A DNA stretch of 63,418 nucleotides, counting the filler, from Candidatus Desantisbacteria bacterium CG1_02_49_89 (GTDB taxonomy: Bacteria; Desantisbacteria; UBA1551), in NCBI GenBank assembly GCA_001871075.1. It is 4 parts of 4 records of this genome, joined end to end, with 100 filler letters (N's around TTAATTAATTAA, not from the genome) between each part and the next. Parts side by side here need not be neighbours in the genome. Positions count along the whole stretch, not along the records: positions 22,271 to 50,795 come from MNUP01000063.1; positions 50,896 to 57,823 come from MNUP01000139.1; 2 more parts are not named here. The stretch is one strand, 5' to 3'. This document shows positions 47,233 through 57,358 of the stretch, piece by piece. The notes beneath the pieces were generated by a model. It searched no databases, had not been told where the DNA came from, and worked only from the letters and a program-made list of their open reading frames with translations. The translations under genes were made by a program, and so were the position numbers. The first letter of the stretch is position 1, and each line of letters starts with the position of its first letter.

Positions 47233-47916
47233 TCAAATCAATCCTTCATCCGCGAAACTGTAATACCTGTTGTCCCCTATTATTATATGGTCCAGTACCT
47301 TTACCTGCATTACTTCTCCCGCGGATACGAGGTTACGCGTGAAATCCCTGTCCCCCTCGCTTGGCTGGGGGTTGCCGGACGGATGGTTGTGCACTGCGAC
47401 CAGGGCAGCCGCATATTCCTGCATTGCCTTCTGCATTATCTCCCTTATCGGGGGCATAGCCTGGTTTACAGTGCCTTCTTCTATTTCCTCATTTCCTATC
47501 ACGTTGTTTTGCCCGTCAAGCAGGAGGATCTTAAAAACCTCTTTTTTCAGGTCCCTCATCCTCGGCATCATCATGTCCGCGATCTCCCTGGAGGATTTCA
47601 CGCACCCGTCAATTTTCTTTTCTTCGGTCATGAACCTTCGGCCGATCTCTACCGCGGCCCTGATGCGCGCCAGCTTGAAACTGCCTATCCCCTTTATTCT
47701 CTTCCAGTGCAGGATATCCGTATGCCCCATCTGCCTGATGGTCCTGAATTCCTGTATAATTTTCCTGCCAAGCTCCACAGCGCTCATGCCTTTTACCCCG
47801 GTGTGCAGCAGCACTGCGAGCAGTTCGGCGTCGCTAAGGTTATGTTCGCCCTTTTTGAAGAGTTTTTCAACCGGTCTTTCACCTTCCGGCCAGCCCTTGA
47901 TACCGTTTTTCTTCAT
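47233..47916 (-). CDS. radC: RadC family JAB-domain protein
   Basis: ERPVEKL, LSDAELLA, HhH KGIG, HNHPSG...S..D, LDHIII. Confidence 0.95.
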   Translation of the reverse strand: MKKNGIKGWPEGERPVEKLFKKGEHNLSDAELLAVLLHTGVKGMSAVELGRKIIQEFRTIRQMGHTDILHWKRIKGIGSFKLARIRAAVEIGRRFMTEEKKIDGCVKSSREIADMMMPRMRDLKKEVFKILLLDGQNNVIGNEEIEEGTVNQAMPPIREIMQKAMQEYAAALVAVHNHPSGNPQPSEGDRDFTRNLVSAGEVMQVKVLDHIIIGDNRYYSFADEGLI

Positions 47917-47952
47917 TGTTTGTTCTCTATATAAATATATAAATATTTTAAT

Positions 47953-47980
47953 ATTATAGCATATATTTAATAAATTGCAA
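47953..47980 (-). promoter_or_regulatory. Sigma70-type promoter for radC (TTGCAA-N16-TATAAT, extended -10)
   Basis: Minus strand reads TTGCAA tttattaaatatatgc TATAAT, including TGn before -10, about 36 nt upstream of the ATG. Confidence 0.65.
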
Positions 47981-48078
47981 GTTTTAAGACCGGCTAAATA
48001 GACGGAGATCCCCCTGTTTACTTTCTTCAGAAAGTAGAAAGATAAGCTTGTAGAAGATCCCCGCGGAATAAGCTGTCT

Positions 48079-49017
48079 TTATTTCTTAAAGAATTTTGAG
48101 ATATCTTTCAGGCTGTCTACGGACGCCCTTCTGAAATAATAGACATCGTGCTTCATGCCTTCGTAAGTCCGCCAGTCGCACTGGATCCCGCTTGCCCTTA
48201 TAAAATACACGAAGTCCGTTACGGACGGGTATAAACCGTCCGCGGTCCCGCATTTTACCGCGAACTTGATATTCTTGACCTTGTTGTTATTCCCTTTTAT
48301 GAGCCAGAATGGATGGTTCTGCCTGTAGTAAGACGGGTCTGCCTGGGGTCCGTATATCTGAGTAAACACTGTAACCTGGCCGGAAGGAAGCTCGGACGGC
48401 GGGATCGCGGGAGAGATCGCGCATACGAAACCGAAAATATCCGGGTGGCGCAGCGCTATTTTCAGCGCGCCGAACCCGCCCATTGAAACCCCGGCTATCA
48501 CGGTATTCTTTTTTCCCTTCAGGACCCTGTATTTTTTTTCTATATACGAGCGGACATCCTTCACAACCCAGTCTTCGTAAAGAACCGAGTAATCATAATA
48601 ATTCGACCAGAATCCCCTTCCCCCGTCAGGCGCAACGAGTATCATCGGAATGATATCGCCCTTTTCTGCCATAAGGGTTGCCATCCTGTCCATCTCCTGC
48701 TCGCCGCCAAGCCAGGTCCTGTTATGGTCGCCCATCCCGTGCAGGTAATACACTACCGGGTATTTCTTTTTGGACCTGTTATATCCCGGCGGCACGTATA
48801 CGGAGATCTTGCCCTTGCCCCTCAAGGATTTACTCTCGATCTCAAATTCCTTCATTTTCCATTCTTCAGCCGGAGCCGCTGGCATCATGCCCTTGTATTC
48901 CGGCGTAGCCGCGTCTATCCTGAGCTGGTCCGCTGTCAGTGTCTCGCAGGAACAGCTGGCACAGAACAGCAACGTAACTCCACCCAGTATAATTGTCAGC
49001 GATCTGATTAATTTCAT
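48079..49017 (-). CDS. Secreted or lipoprotein alpha/beta-hydrolase esterase (CE1-like)
   Basis: VYVPPGY, YPVVYYLHG, GVSMGGFGA nucleophile elbow, CGTAD, H near the C-terminus. Confidence 0.88.
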   Translation of the reverse strand: MKLIRSLTIILGGVTLLFCASCSCETLTADQLRIDAATPEYKGMMPAAPAEEWKMKEFEIESKSLRGKGKISVYVPPGYNRSKKKYPVVYYLHGMGDHNRTWLGGEQEMDRMATLMAEKGDIIPMILVAPDGGRGFWSNYYDYSVLYEDWVVKDVRSYIEKKYRVLKGKKNTVIAGVSMGGFGALKIALRHPDIFGFVCAISPAIPPSELPSGQVTVFTQIYGPQADPSYYRQNHPFWLIKGNNNKVKNIKFAVKCGTADGLYPSVTDFVYFIRASGIQCDWRTYEGMKHDVYYFRRASVDSLKDISKFFKK

Positions 49018-50498
49018 TTTTCACCCGTGGTCAGCTGCAGCAGTTTTTGGACCAGGATCTTTCTTGTCTTGTCGATCCCCGCGTAGGTTCCGGCGTTTGC
49101 CCTCTGCGGCTTGTTTGAAAGCGAGTATTTTATTCTCTTTGAGCAGGCTTCTTTCAGGTTCCTGAAAATACCCGTCCCAACGCCCGCAAGGAGCGCTGCC
49201 CCGTATACGGAATGCTCCTGCCGGTCCACCCCGTAAATATTCCTGTTATATATATCCGCCTGCATCTGTTTCCAGAAATCGCTTTTTGCCCCGCCCCCGG
49301 ACGCAACCACCCTGCCAACCTTCACGCCAAGCTCACGGAATATATCCAGGGATCCTTTCATCGAGAAAGTCACGCCTTCCATTACGGCTCTTATCAAATG
49401 GCATTTGTTATGTGCCAGGGTGATCCCGTAGAAACATCCTTTTAGGTCCGGGTCCATATACGGGGTTCTTTCTCCAAGAAGGTACGGAAAGAACGTAAGG
49501 CCATCTGAGCCGGCAGGCGCTTTTTTTGCGTATTCATCAAATCGAGAATAGTTTTCCTTCAAAAAACTATCCCTCAGCCACCTGAGAGAAAGGCCTGCCG
49601 AGAGGATAGCGCCCATCAGGATCCAGTTGCCCGGCATCGCGTGGCAAAGCGTGTGGATCCTTTGTTTGGGGTCAAGCACAGGCCTTTTTACCGCTGTTAT
49701 GAACTGGCCTCCGGTTCCCAGCACCGAAGCCGCAAGACCGGGTTCAACCATTCCCATCCCGATAGCGCCCATTGCCTGGTCACCGCCCCCTGCAACTGCG
49801 CGAGTGCCTGCTGTAAGACCCGTGTCTTCTGCTGCAGTCTTTGTTATTCTTCCGGCGATACTGCCGGACTCAACCAGCTCCGGCATTATTGATCCACTGA
49901 TACCTGTTTTTGACAGCACTTCCGCAGACCATTCCCTCCGTGAAACATCCATGAGAAGCGTTGCGCAGCCGTCTGTGGGCTCAGACAGGAATTCGCCTGT
50001 CAGCCTGGACCTGAGATAATCTTTGGGAGAAAGGATCCTGAATATTCTGTCATATATCCCGGGTTCATTCTTTCTTATCCAGAGCAGGCTGGGAAGCAGG
50101 AATCCGGGAAAAACCGGAATGCCTGTTATCCTGTATAATCTTTCCTGCCCGATCTTTGCTTTGAGTTGTTCGCATTCTTTCTGGCTTCGCTTATCAATCC
50201 AGGGAATGGCATTGCGTAAGCATCTTCCTGACCTGTCAACAGCAACAAGACCGTGCATCTGTCCTGAAAATCCAATTCCTTTGATTTCACAGGAGTTAAT
50301 TTTTGATTGTTTAAATATGAGTTGTATTGAATATTTAAGTGCCTGCCACCAGTGTTCGGGGTCCTGTTCAGCCCAATCCTTGTGCGGAGTAAGTATCGGG
50401 TATTCCCTGCCAGCAATGGCAACAGTTTTTCCCGTCCTTTCAATCAGGGCTGCGCGAAGGCTTGAGGTCCCAAGGTCTATTCCTAAAAGATAACCCAT
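49014..50498 (-). CDS. xylB: Xylulokinase / FGGY carbohydrate kinase
   Basis: GIDLGTSS, SGQMHG, PKDY, GGGDQ, PYLLGERTP, GGGAKS..W.QMQAD. Confidence 0.85.
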   Translation of the reverse strand: MGYLLGIDLGTSSLRAALIERTGKTVAIAGREYPILTPHKDWAEQDPEHWWQALKYSIQLIFKQSKINSCEIKGIGFSGQMHGLVAVDRSGRCLRNAIPWIDKRSQKECEQLKAKIGQERLYRITGIPVFPGFLLPSLLWIRKNEPGIYDRIFRILSPKDYLRSRLTGEFLSEPTDGCATLLMDVSRREWSAEVLSKTGISGSIMPELVESGSIAGRITKTAAEDTGLTAGTRAVAGGGDQAMGAIGMGMVEPGLAASVLGTGGQFITAVKRPVLDPKQRIHTLCHAMPGNWILMGAILSAGLSLRWLRDSFLKENYSRFDEYAKKAPAGSDGLTFFPYLLGERTPYMDPDLKGCFYGITLAHNKCHLIRAVMEGVTFSMKGSLDIFRELGVKVGRVVASGGGAKSDFWKQMQADIYNRNIYGVDRQEHSVYGAALLAGVGTGIFRNLKEACSKRIKYSLSNKPQRANAGTYAGIDKTRKILVQKLLQLTTGEK

Positions 50499-50572
50499 AG
50501 TTTAGCCAGTTTAGTCAGTTGAGTCAGTTTTGTCAGTTATTTCGTAGGGCAAACCTTTAGGTTTGCGTACTG

Positions 50573-50795
50573 CTAGTATGGTGTCGCATAAATCCCTTGA
50601 CATTTGATTCTGCTTTGAGTTGTCATTGCGAGCGACCAAAGGGAGCGTGGCAATCTCGATTTTTAGGTCGAGATTGCTTCGTCGTTAACACTCCTCGCAA
50701 TGACAGCCCAAATGTAAAGAACTGTTAGAGACACCACACTAGTATGGTGTCACATAAATCCCTTGACATTTGATTCTGCTTTGAGTTGTCATTGC
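50573..50795. mobile_element. CTAG-bounded MITE-like element (166-bp period) with a second tandem copy cut by the contig end
   Basis: 34-bp imperfect TIRs CTAGTATGGTGTC...ACATTTG / CAAATGT...GACACCACACTAG around a GTCATTGC palindrome; 50739-50795 repeats 50573-50629. Confidence 0.72.
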
Positions 50796-50895
50796 NNNNN
50801 NNNNNNNNNNNNNNNNNNNNNNNNNNNNNNNNNNNNNNNTTAATTAATTAANNNNNNNNNNNNNNNNNNNNNNNNNNNNNNNNNNNNNNNNNNNN
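50796..50895. other. Artificial contig linker
   Basis: N44-TTAATTAATTAA-N44. Confidence 0.98.
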
Positions 50896-51110
50896 TGGGT
50901 CTCGATTAAAAGATGATAATGGTTATCCATCAGGACATAGGCATAAACGTTTATTCCGTGGCAGTCCTTTGCATCGTTTAATATATTCAGCATTTCCTGC
51001 CTGTCCCGGGCATCCCTGAATATGGGCTTCCTTTCATTTCCCCTTGCAGTGATGTGGTAAAACGCTTCTTCGTATTCAACCCTTAACGGCCTTGTCAATG
51101 CAATCCCCAA
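50896..51110 (-). mobile_element. Partial Y1 HUH transposase (IS200-like / REP-associated tyrosine transposase)
   Basis: RPLRVEY..AFYHITARGNERKPIF.D..DR...YAYVLMDNHYHLL (HUH); truncated by the gap; AGACCTGACACC motif at about 51165. Confidence 0.85.
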
Positions 51111-51253
51111 ATATTCAAATATGTTTTATCCAGACAAAAAAATGATTAGCTACTCACAACTAAAGACCTGACACCATAACCTTCATACATAAGGAGTTTT
51201 ATCCTAAACTCTGACACTCTGATACTCTGATACTCTGATACGTTGATACTGTT

Positions 51254-52456
51254 TTATCTGATTTTAAGGATATGGCCCATTTTATTCTTTTTGGTCTTGA
51301 GGTATTTCAGGCTGTACTGCGTGGGCGGTATTTCCAGGGGCACCCTGCCCGTGATCTTCAGCCCGTATCCGCGCAGGCCCACTATCTTGCAGGGATTGTT
51401 CGTCAGTAGCCTTATGCTGGAAAGCCCCAGGTCCGCAAGTATCTGCGCCCCGATGCCGTAGTCGCGCAGGTCAGCTTTGAAACCCAGTTTCAGGTTCGCC
51501 TCAACCGTGTCCAGGCCTTTATCCTGGAGCTCGTAGGAGCGCAGTTTGTTCACAAGCCCTATGCCCCTGCCTTCCTGGCACATGTAAACAAGCACTCCCC
51601 TTTCGGCTTTCCCGATGATCTCCAGGGATCTGCGCAGCTGATCGCCGCAGTCGCAGCGCATACTGCGGAAAACATCCCCTGTAAGGCACTGCGAATGGAC
51701 CCTCACAAGGACGTTCTTCTTCCCCCTTACAAATCCCTTTACAAGAGCGAGGTGGTGCTGGTTGGTGGTGGCGTCCTCATAAACCAGGAGGCGGAATTCC
51801 CCGAACCTTGTGGGCAGGCCGGTATTTATGACCTGGCTGATGAGCCTTTCGGTTTTATGCCGGTATTTTATGATGTCGGCGATGGTCACGATCTTCAGCC
51901 TGTGCCTGGCTGCAAGTTTCACCAGCGCCGGCACCCTTGCCATCTTGCCGCTCTGCGCCATGATCTCGCATATGACGCCCGCGGGATAAAGGCCCGCGAG
52001 GCGCGCGAGGTCCACTGCCGCCTCTGTGTGCCCGGCCCTGCGCAGGACCCCTGCCGGATGCGCCCTTAACGGGAATATATGGCCCGGCCTTGCAAGGTCT
52101 TCCGGCTTTGTGCTCCTGCCGATGAGCGCCCTGATGGTTGCGGCGCGGTCATGCGACGAAATGCCGGTGCTGACGCCTTTTTTGGCGTCCACGGAAACCG
52201 TAAAAGAAGTTCCCATCAGGGATGTGTTCTCGCTCACCATCGGGTAGAGCTTGAGGGCGTTCATCCTCTGCTCGGGAGCCGCAACGCAAATTAGCCCCCG
52301 CGCAGCCTTCGCCATGAAGTTCACGGCGGCGGGAGTTATTTTTTCGGCGGCTATGACAAGGTCGCCCTCGTTCTCCCTGTTCTTGTCATCCGTCACAACT
52401 ATGAATTTTCCCTTCCTGATATCTTCTATCGCTCCGGGAATGTCCGAAAACTTCAC
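51254..52456 (-). CDS. ribBA: Bifunctional DHBP synthase / GTP cyclohydrolase II
   Basis: [57 protein letters not shown]. Confidence 0.96.
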   Translation of the reverse strand: MKFSDIPGAIEDIRKGKFIVVTDDKNRENEGDLVIAAEKITPAAVNFMAKAARGLICVAAPEQRMNALKLYPMVSENTSLMGTSFTVSVDAKKGVSTGISSHDRAATIRALIGRSTKPEDLARPGHIFPLRAHPAGVLRRAGHTEAAVDLARLAGLYPAGVICEIMAQSGKMARVPALVKLAARHRLKIVTIADIIKYRHKTERLISQVINTGLPTRFGEFRLLVYEDATTNQHHLALVKGFVRGKKNVLVRVHSQCLTGDVFRSMRCDCGDQLRRSLEIIGKAERGVLVYMCQEGRGIGLVNKLRSYELQDKGLDTVEANLKLGFKADLRDYGIGAQILADLGLSSIRLLTNNPCKIVGLRGYGLKITGRVPLEIPPTQYSLKYLKTKKNKMGHILKIR

Positions 52457-52673
52457 CAGCTACCTCCGCCAAAGATTTCCACGAAAACACGAAAGTATCA
52501 CGAAAGCACGAAAAAATACTTTTCAACAGGGAACTTAAGAGAACTAAAAAATCTTTTTTCCTTGAACCTCGGAACTACGGAACCATGGAACCAGTACTGG
52601 CTTTTACAAATGACTGCCTGCAACCTTTAACCTTTCCCGAAGGGATCCCTTTGGGACAACTTTTAACTTCTAT

Positions 52674-53045
52674 TCAACTAACCTTGAGCGAAATAAGGTA
52701 CACGCCGAAAATTATTACCGCCACACCCAGCCACCTTGCCAGGCCTACCTGTTCCTTGAAGATCATCCACGAAAGCAAGACCACGAGAACATAGCTTATG
52801 CTCATCAGCGGGTACGCGTAACTCAGCGGCACCCTCGAGATCGCGACAAGCCAGAAAAAGCTCGAGCAGAGGTACATTACGAAACCCAGGAAAACAAAAG
52901 GCCTGAATATTGTCTTCACGAAGAGCGGTACCGCGTTGGCTATAGTGATGCCTGTTATCTGGTAGCCCAGCAAACCCTGCTTCATGAACATCTGCCCGGC
53001 GACTGCGAACCCGAGGCCTATGAGGATAATGTAAAGCGGTTTCAT
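52674..53045 (-). CDS. Small EamA/SMR-like membrane protein (ArnE/ArnF-like flippase subunit)
   Basis: 4 TM; GQMFMK, WLVAISRVPLSYAYP, FKEQV. Confidence 0.8.
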   Translation of the reverse strand: MKPLYIILIGLGFAVAGQMFMKQGLLGYQITGITIANAVPLFVKTIFRPFVFLGFVMYLCSSFFWLVAISRVPLSYAYPLMSISYVLVVLLSWMIFKEQVGLARWLGVAVIIFGVYLISLKVS

Positions 53046-53070
53046 GCCCTGCTCCTTTTGTAATGAAGTT

Positions 53071-54795
53071 TTATTTTTCCGATTTGTATATCCGGATCTC
53101 CGGGTAGAAATAGGTGTAGTCGTCAGCCGGTTCCGCGCTGTTGTTGAACGCGACGCCGAAAACCCTCGGGGGGTTTGAAAATTCCTTTACCAGGCCGTAC
53201 CCCGCGTTCTTAAGAACGCTGTTCCATTCCTCTCTGTAGCCGATGTACTCGGCGTTGCTTATGACGAAGTATCCGGGTTTCTTCTCCGCGATCGCTTTCG
53301 CGGACTCGGAGGCGAGCTTTCCCGTGATGCAGAGCCTGTACTTCGCCTGGTTTACGGGCGGCGTCTCATACTGCCACGGGTCCCTTCTCAGGCCTATGCT
53401 GCTTCCCGCGGGTATGTTCTGCGCGATCCATTTCCCGGCCGAGGTCCGGGTGTTTTCCTGCATAAAAACCCTGTCATAACCCGCGCTGAAAAGCAGGGTC
53501 GGAACGCAGGCGACAAGCGCGATCAGGACCGGAACAACCTTGTTTGCCGGGCGCATAGCGCATACCGCCGCCATAAACCTGGCGGCAAGGACCGCGAGCG
53601 CCGGCAGTATTATAAGCAGGTACCTCATATGCCTGTCGCCCAGAGGGGACATTATTACCAGTATAAGCATATTAATGGCTATCCAGAAAATAAAGAATAT
53701 GTCGGCTTTTTCCCTTTTCATAACAGCCATGACCACGCCCGCGGCGGCAAGCAGGAAAAGAGGAAGGCCCATCCCGTGGTAAAGAGCTTCCGTAAAAAAC
53801 ACTGTGTTGCTGGCAACGCTGCTGATCCTGGGGCCGATCCTGAACATGCCTGCCGAAAAATTGCGCGAGAATTCCGGGATCGTCGTAAAAACAAACGGCA
53901 ACAGGAAAAGGATAAAAATACCGAGGGCGCACGCGTAGCTCAGGAGCGCCTTTTTTTCAAACCAGCATAATAGAATATCCGTCTTTTTCCCGCAGGTCCT
54001 CAGCAGCCCGGCAACAGGCACCGCCAGCGCGACCAGCGCGGCATTATACTTGGACTGCGCTGCCAGCCCGGCGCATATTCCCGCCAGAACGTACCATTTT
54101 AATTCGCCGGAAGATAATATCCTTGCGGCGAAAAGCATCGTAAGGAACACGAAAAAGGACATCGTGACGTCCACAGAAAGGAAATGGGAATTCACCACAA
54201 GCGCCGGGGTCACTGCCAGCGCGAGCGCCGAGAACAAACCCGTCTTTTCCCCGTAGAGCTTCCTCGCGAGGCGGTATATTACGTATACCAGCAGAACCGC
54301 GAAGATCACTGAAACGAGCCTGCCCGCGACATAGAATTTCGCTATCTCAGCGGGGTGCGTGAAATAAAAAAGAATGTCGGTTGTGGGCTTTATGATCCTG
54401 AACACAACTCCGGCGGCGAGGACGGCGGCAAAAGAATAAATATACATGGTGCCGTAATAAAGATAGTGCGGGTTGAAATCCAGCTTCTTCGGCTTCATGT
54501 TGCTGATCGCTTTAATGAAATTCGACTCATCTGGATGGTAGCTTTTAATGGGGGCGAATGCCGATCCCGAAAGACCTTCCTTTTTTCCCGCCATGGAATC
54601 AGCCACTTCTTCCGGATCCACCCTCTCAAGCGACTTCCTGATCCCGGCTTCATCCGAAAAATACAGGCTGTTCCTCTCCGCGCTCGGAACCCCCCACTGC
54701 AGGCCCAGCGAGTTCAGGATGAAGGAAACCGCCAGTATCAAAAATACGGCCGGGTTGCTCTTCGTGCCTATTGCCGCCTCCTCTATTTTTTGCAT
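53071..54795 (-). CDS. GT-C fold membrane glycosyltransferase (ArnT/PMT-like)
   Basis: YHPDE, NPHY, GRLVS, SKY, RYLL; multi-TM. Confidence 0.85.
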   Translation of the reverse strand: MQKIEEAAIGTKSNPAVFLILAVSFILNSLGLQWGVPSAERNSLYFSDEAGIRKSLERVDPEEVADSMAGKKEGLSGSAFAPIKSYHPDESNFIKAISNMKPKKLDFNPHYLYYGTMYIYSFAAVLAAGVVFRIIKPTTDILFYFTHPAEIAKFYVAGRLVSVIFAVLLVYVIYRLARKLYGEKTGLFSALALAVTPALVVNSHFLSVDVTMSFFVFLTMLFAARILSSGELKWYVLAGICAGLAAQSKYNAALVALAVPVAGLLRTCGKKTDILLCWFEKKALLSYACALGIFILFLLPFVFTTIPEFSRNFSAGMFRIGPRISSVASNTVFFTEALYHGMGLPLFLLAAAGVVMAVMKREKADIFFIFWIAINMLILVIMSPLGDRHMRYLLIILPALAVLAARFMAAVCAMRPANKVVPVLIALVACVPTLLFSAGYDRVFMQENTRTSAGKWIAQNIPAGSSIGLRRDPWQYETPPVNQAKYRLCITGKLASESAKAIAEKKPGYFVISNAEYIGYREEWNSVLKNAGYGLVKEFSNPPRVFGVAFNNSAEPADDYTYFYPEIRIYKSEK

Positions 54796-55694
54796 AAAAG
54801 GTTAGTCCATGTCTTTTTTTCAGGAGAATATTTTTTCAATATTTTATCCGCGTCCGAAGGTTCCACCCGCTCTGTTTCTTCGTTTATGTCGCTGAGGCTG
54901 AACCCCAGGCTTGAGATCAGTTCCAGGTATTCCTTCGCGCTTGAGCCGAAAGAAGAAAGCCATCTGGGATAGTATTCCGTTACCAGCTTAACGGACCGGC
55001 TGCCCCGGAGCACCTGTTCCATACCCTTCACGGCCGCGCATTCCGCGCCTTCGATGTCCATCTTGACAAAATCGATCCTGCCGCCGTAATCCCTAAAATA
55101 GTCATCCAGCCTTACCGTTTCGACCTCCACCGATCCCGCGCCCGCGCGGGTCTTGCTCATCGTGTGCGCCATGTTATTGTAATCACAAAGGTAAAGCCTG
55201 GCTTTGCCGGCCTTATCCGACACCGCCTTGTTGTTCAGGATAACGTTTTTGTAGCCGTTCTCCCTGACGTTCTTCTCCAGGACCGCGAATATGTCCGGAG
55301 CGGGCTCAAAAGCAAAAACCTTTCCTTTTTCGCCGACAAGCCTGGCGAACATGAGCGTGTAATAACCGATGCTTGCGCCCACGTCCACAACCGTGTCCCC
55401 TTCCTTTATCTCTCCGGCGACGACCTTTGTCATAAAAGGCTCGAAAACCCCGAAGACCGAAAGCCCCAGGCTGTCGCCGCGGTCAAGGAACATCGTATGG
55501 CCCCGCACGTTCGCGACGTCTTTCAAAAAAGGCGAAAGGAAAAAATGAAATGCCTTGAACGAGAAAACCGGATGCATAAGTGCCCAGCGGTACAGGCGTT
55601 TCTGCACGGCTTTCGTGAGGCGGAACCTGCTGCTTTTGGCGTCACCGTATCCCAGGAAAAGTTTGAGCGTTTTGCCCAGCACGGAAATACTCAT
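54783..55694 (-). CDS. FkbM family methyltransferase
   Basis: VDVGASIGYYT, VFAFEP, VKMDIEGAE. Confidence 0.92.
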   Translation of the reverse strand: MSISVLGKTLKLFLGYGDAKSSRFRLTKAVQKRLYRWALMHPVFSFKAFHFFLSPFLKDVANVRGHTMFLDRGDSLGLSVFGVFEPFMTKVVAGEIKEGDTVVDVGASIGYYTLMFARLVGEKGKVFAFEPAPDIFAVLEKNVRENGYKNVILNNKAVSDKAGKARLYLCDYNNMAHTMSKTRAGAGSVEVETVRLDDYFRDYGGRIDFVKMDIEGAECAAVKGMEQVLRGSRSVKLVTEYYPRWLSSFGSSAKEYLELISSLGFSLSDINEETERVEPSDADKILKKYSPEKKTWTNLLCKK

Positions 55695-57358
55695 CGCGCC
55701 TGCCCGGATGCCCTTTTAAAAACACGGATTTTCGGATACATGTACCGGTAGTTATCGCTGGGGTCCTTATGATTGAACGGGATCCCGAAAACTCTGGGCG
55801 GGTTGCCGAACTCCCTGAGCAGCCCGTATCCTTTCCCGGAAAGCAGGTCGGTGCAGGCCTGAAAACCGCCGGGAGGGAATTCGGCCTCTCCGAGAATAAA
55901 GTAACCGGGCCTTTGGGCATCAACCGCGCCGGCCATCTCGGCGGCCTGCTTGCCCGTGATGCACAGAACGTATTTTTTCCGGTTCAGGGGAGGAATCTCG
56001 TACTGCCAGGGGTCCCTTCTGAGGCCTATGCTGCTTCCTGCCGGAATATTCGCCGCGATCCACTCCCCGGCTGCAGTCCTTGTGTTCCTGCTCATAAAAA
56101 CCCTGTCATAGGCAAAAGAATACAAAAACGTAAGCATCAGGGTAAAAATGAGCGCCGCGTTTCTGAGCGAAGCGTTTTTAAAAGCCTCCAGGCCTTTTAC
56201 CGCGAGAACCGCCATGAAGGGAACGATGGCGAGAATATACCTGTCATAGATCAGGCCTGTGGACGCGAAAAGCATAAAAGAGAATATTACCCAGAATAAT
56301 ATCAGCAGGTCCCCTTTCTCCTTCCCCCGCAGGGCAAGGAACAGGCCTGCCAGGGAAAGCAGGAGAAGCGGCAGGCCAAGCCCGTTATACAGCGCCTTTG
56401 AATAAAATATCGTCCCGGAAACCGGATGCCAGGCTCCCGTGACATTCCTTACGAAGCCCATCACCTCGCCGTGCGAGGTTACGATGAACGGAAAGGTGAT
56501 CAGGAAAGCGGCGGCGCCGCAAAGATAGCTCAAAAGAACCTTTTTGCGGAACCAGCAGGCCAGCAGGTCCCTCAGCCCGCGCCTGCTTTTCAGAAAAACC
56601 GCGACCGGGACCGCCGCGATGACCAGCAGCCCCGGGTATTTGGCGCTGCCGGCAAGGCCGGCGAGGGCGCCGGCCAGAACGTACAGTCTGTTCTCGTCGG
56701 AATCCAGCAGTTTCAGGGAGAAATAGAAGGAAAAGATTATGAAAAAGACCTCGGTGACGTCCACCGCAACGTAATGGGCGTTGATCACGGAAAGCGGGAC
56801 CAGCGCGGCGGCAAGCGCCGCCATCAATCCCTTGAAAACCCCGTACCTCTTCTTCGCGACAAGGTACACCATAAGGACCGTGAGGGCGGCGAAAACCGCG
56901 GAAACCGCTCTTCCGGCGATATAGAACCTGGCCAGTTCCTCCGGGTGGGAATAGAAAAAAGCCAGGTCCGTGGTCAGTTTGACGAAACCGAGCGCATATG
57001 CGAGAGCGAGCGCGATCCCGAAAAACCAGAAATACAGAGTTCCGTAGTAAAAATAGTGCGGGTTAAGATCCAGTTTTTTTATGTTCATATTGCTGAGGGA
57101 CGCCAGGAACTGGGACTCATCGGGATGGTAGGTGCGCACCGGGTTAAATCTTGAACCGCTCATCTCTTCCCTGTACTGCGTCCTCGATCTTTCCACTTTG
57201 TCCCGCGTTACCTCCGCCATGGACTCCCTCATCTCTTTTTCGCCGGTAAAGTAAAGCCTGTTGCGCTCGGCGCTGGGCACGCCCCAGTTGATCCCGAGGG
57301 TGTTCAGCGTAAAAGATAAAATTAAAATAAGGACTATTAAAACCTTTTCATTTTTCAT
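55691..57358 (-). CDS. GT-C fold membrane glycosyltransferase, paralog of 53071-54795
   Basis: Shares WGVPSAERN.LYF, YHPDES.F, AKY and IPAGSSIGLRRDPWQYE.PP. Confidence 0.85.
   Translation of the reverse strand: MKNEKVLIVLILILSFTLNTLGINWGVPSAERNRLYFTGEKEMRESMAEVTRDKVERSRTQYREEMSGSRFNPVRTYHPDESQFLASLSNMNIKKLDLNPHYFYYGTLYFWFFGIALALAYALGFVKLTTDLAFFYSHPEELARFYIAGRAVSAVFAALTVLMVYLVAKKRYGVFKGLMAALAAALVPLSVINAHYVAVDVTEVFFIIFSFYFSLKLLDSDENRLYVLAGALAGLAGSAKYPGLLVIAAVPVAVFLKSRRGLRDLLACWFRKKVLLSYLCGAAAFLITFPFIVTSHGEVMGFVRNVTGAWHPVSGTIFYSKALYNGLGLPLLLLSLAGLFLALRGKEKGDLLILFWVIFSFMLFASTGLIYDRYILAIVPFMAVLAVKGLEAFKNASLRNAALIFTLMLTFLYSFAYDRVFMSRNTRTAAGEWIAANIPAGSSIGLRRDPWQYEIPPLNRKKYVLCITGKQAAEMAGAVDAQRPGYFILGEAEFPPGGFQACTDLLSGKGYGLLREFGNPPRVFGIPFNHKDPSDNYRYMYPKIRVFKRASGQAR

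Noticed and set aside
52457-52673. FMN riboswitch upstream of ribBA
   Set aside because: The spacer consists of short tandem arrays and the 24-bp hairpin; no recognisable RFN motifs.
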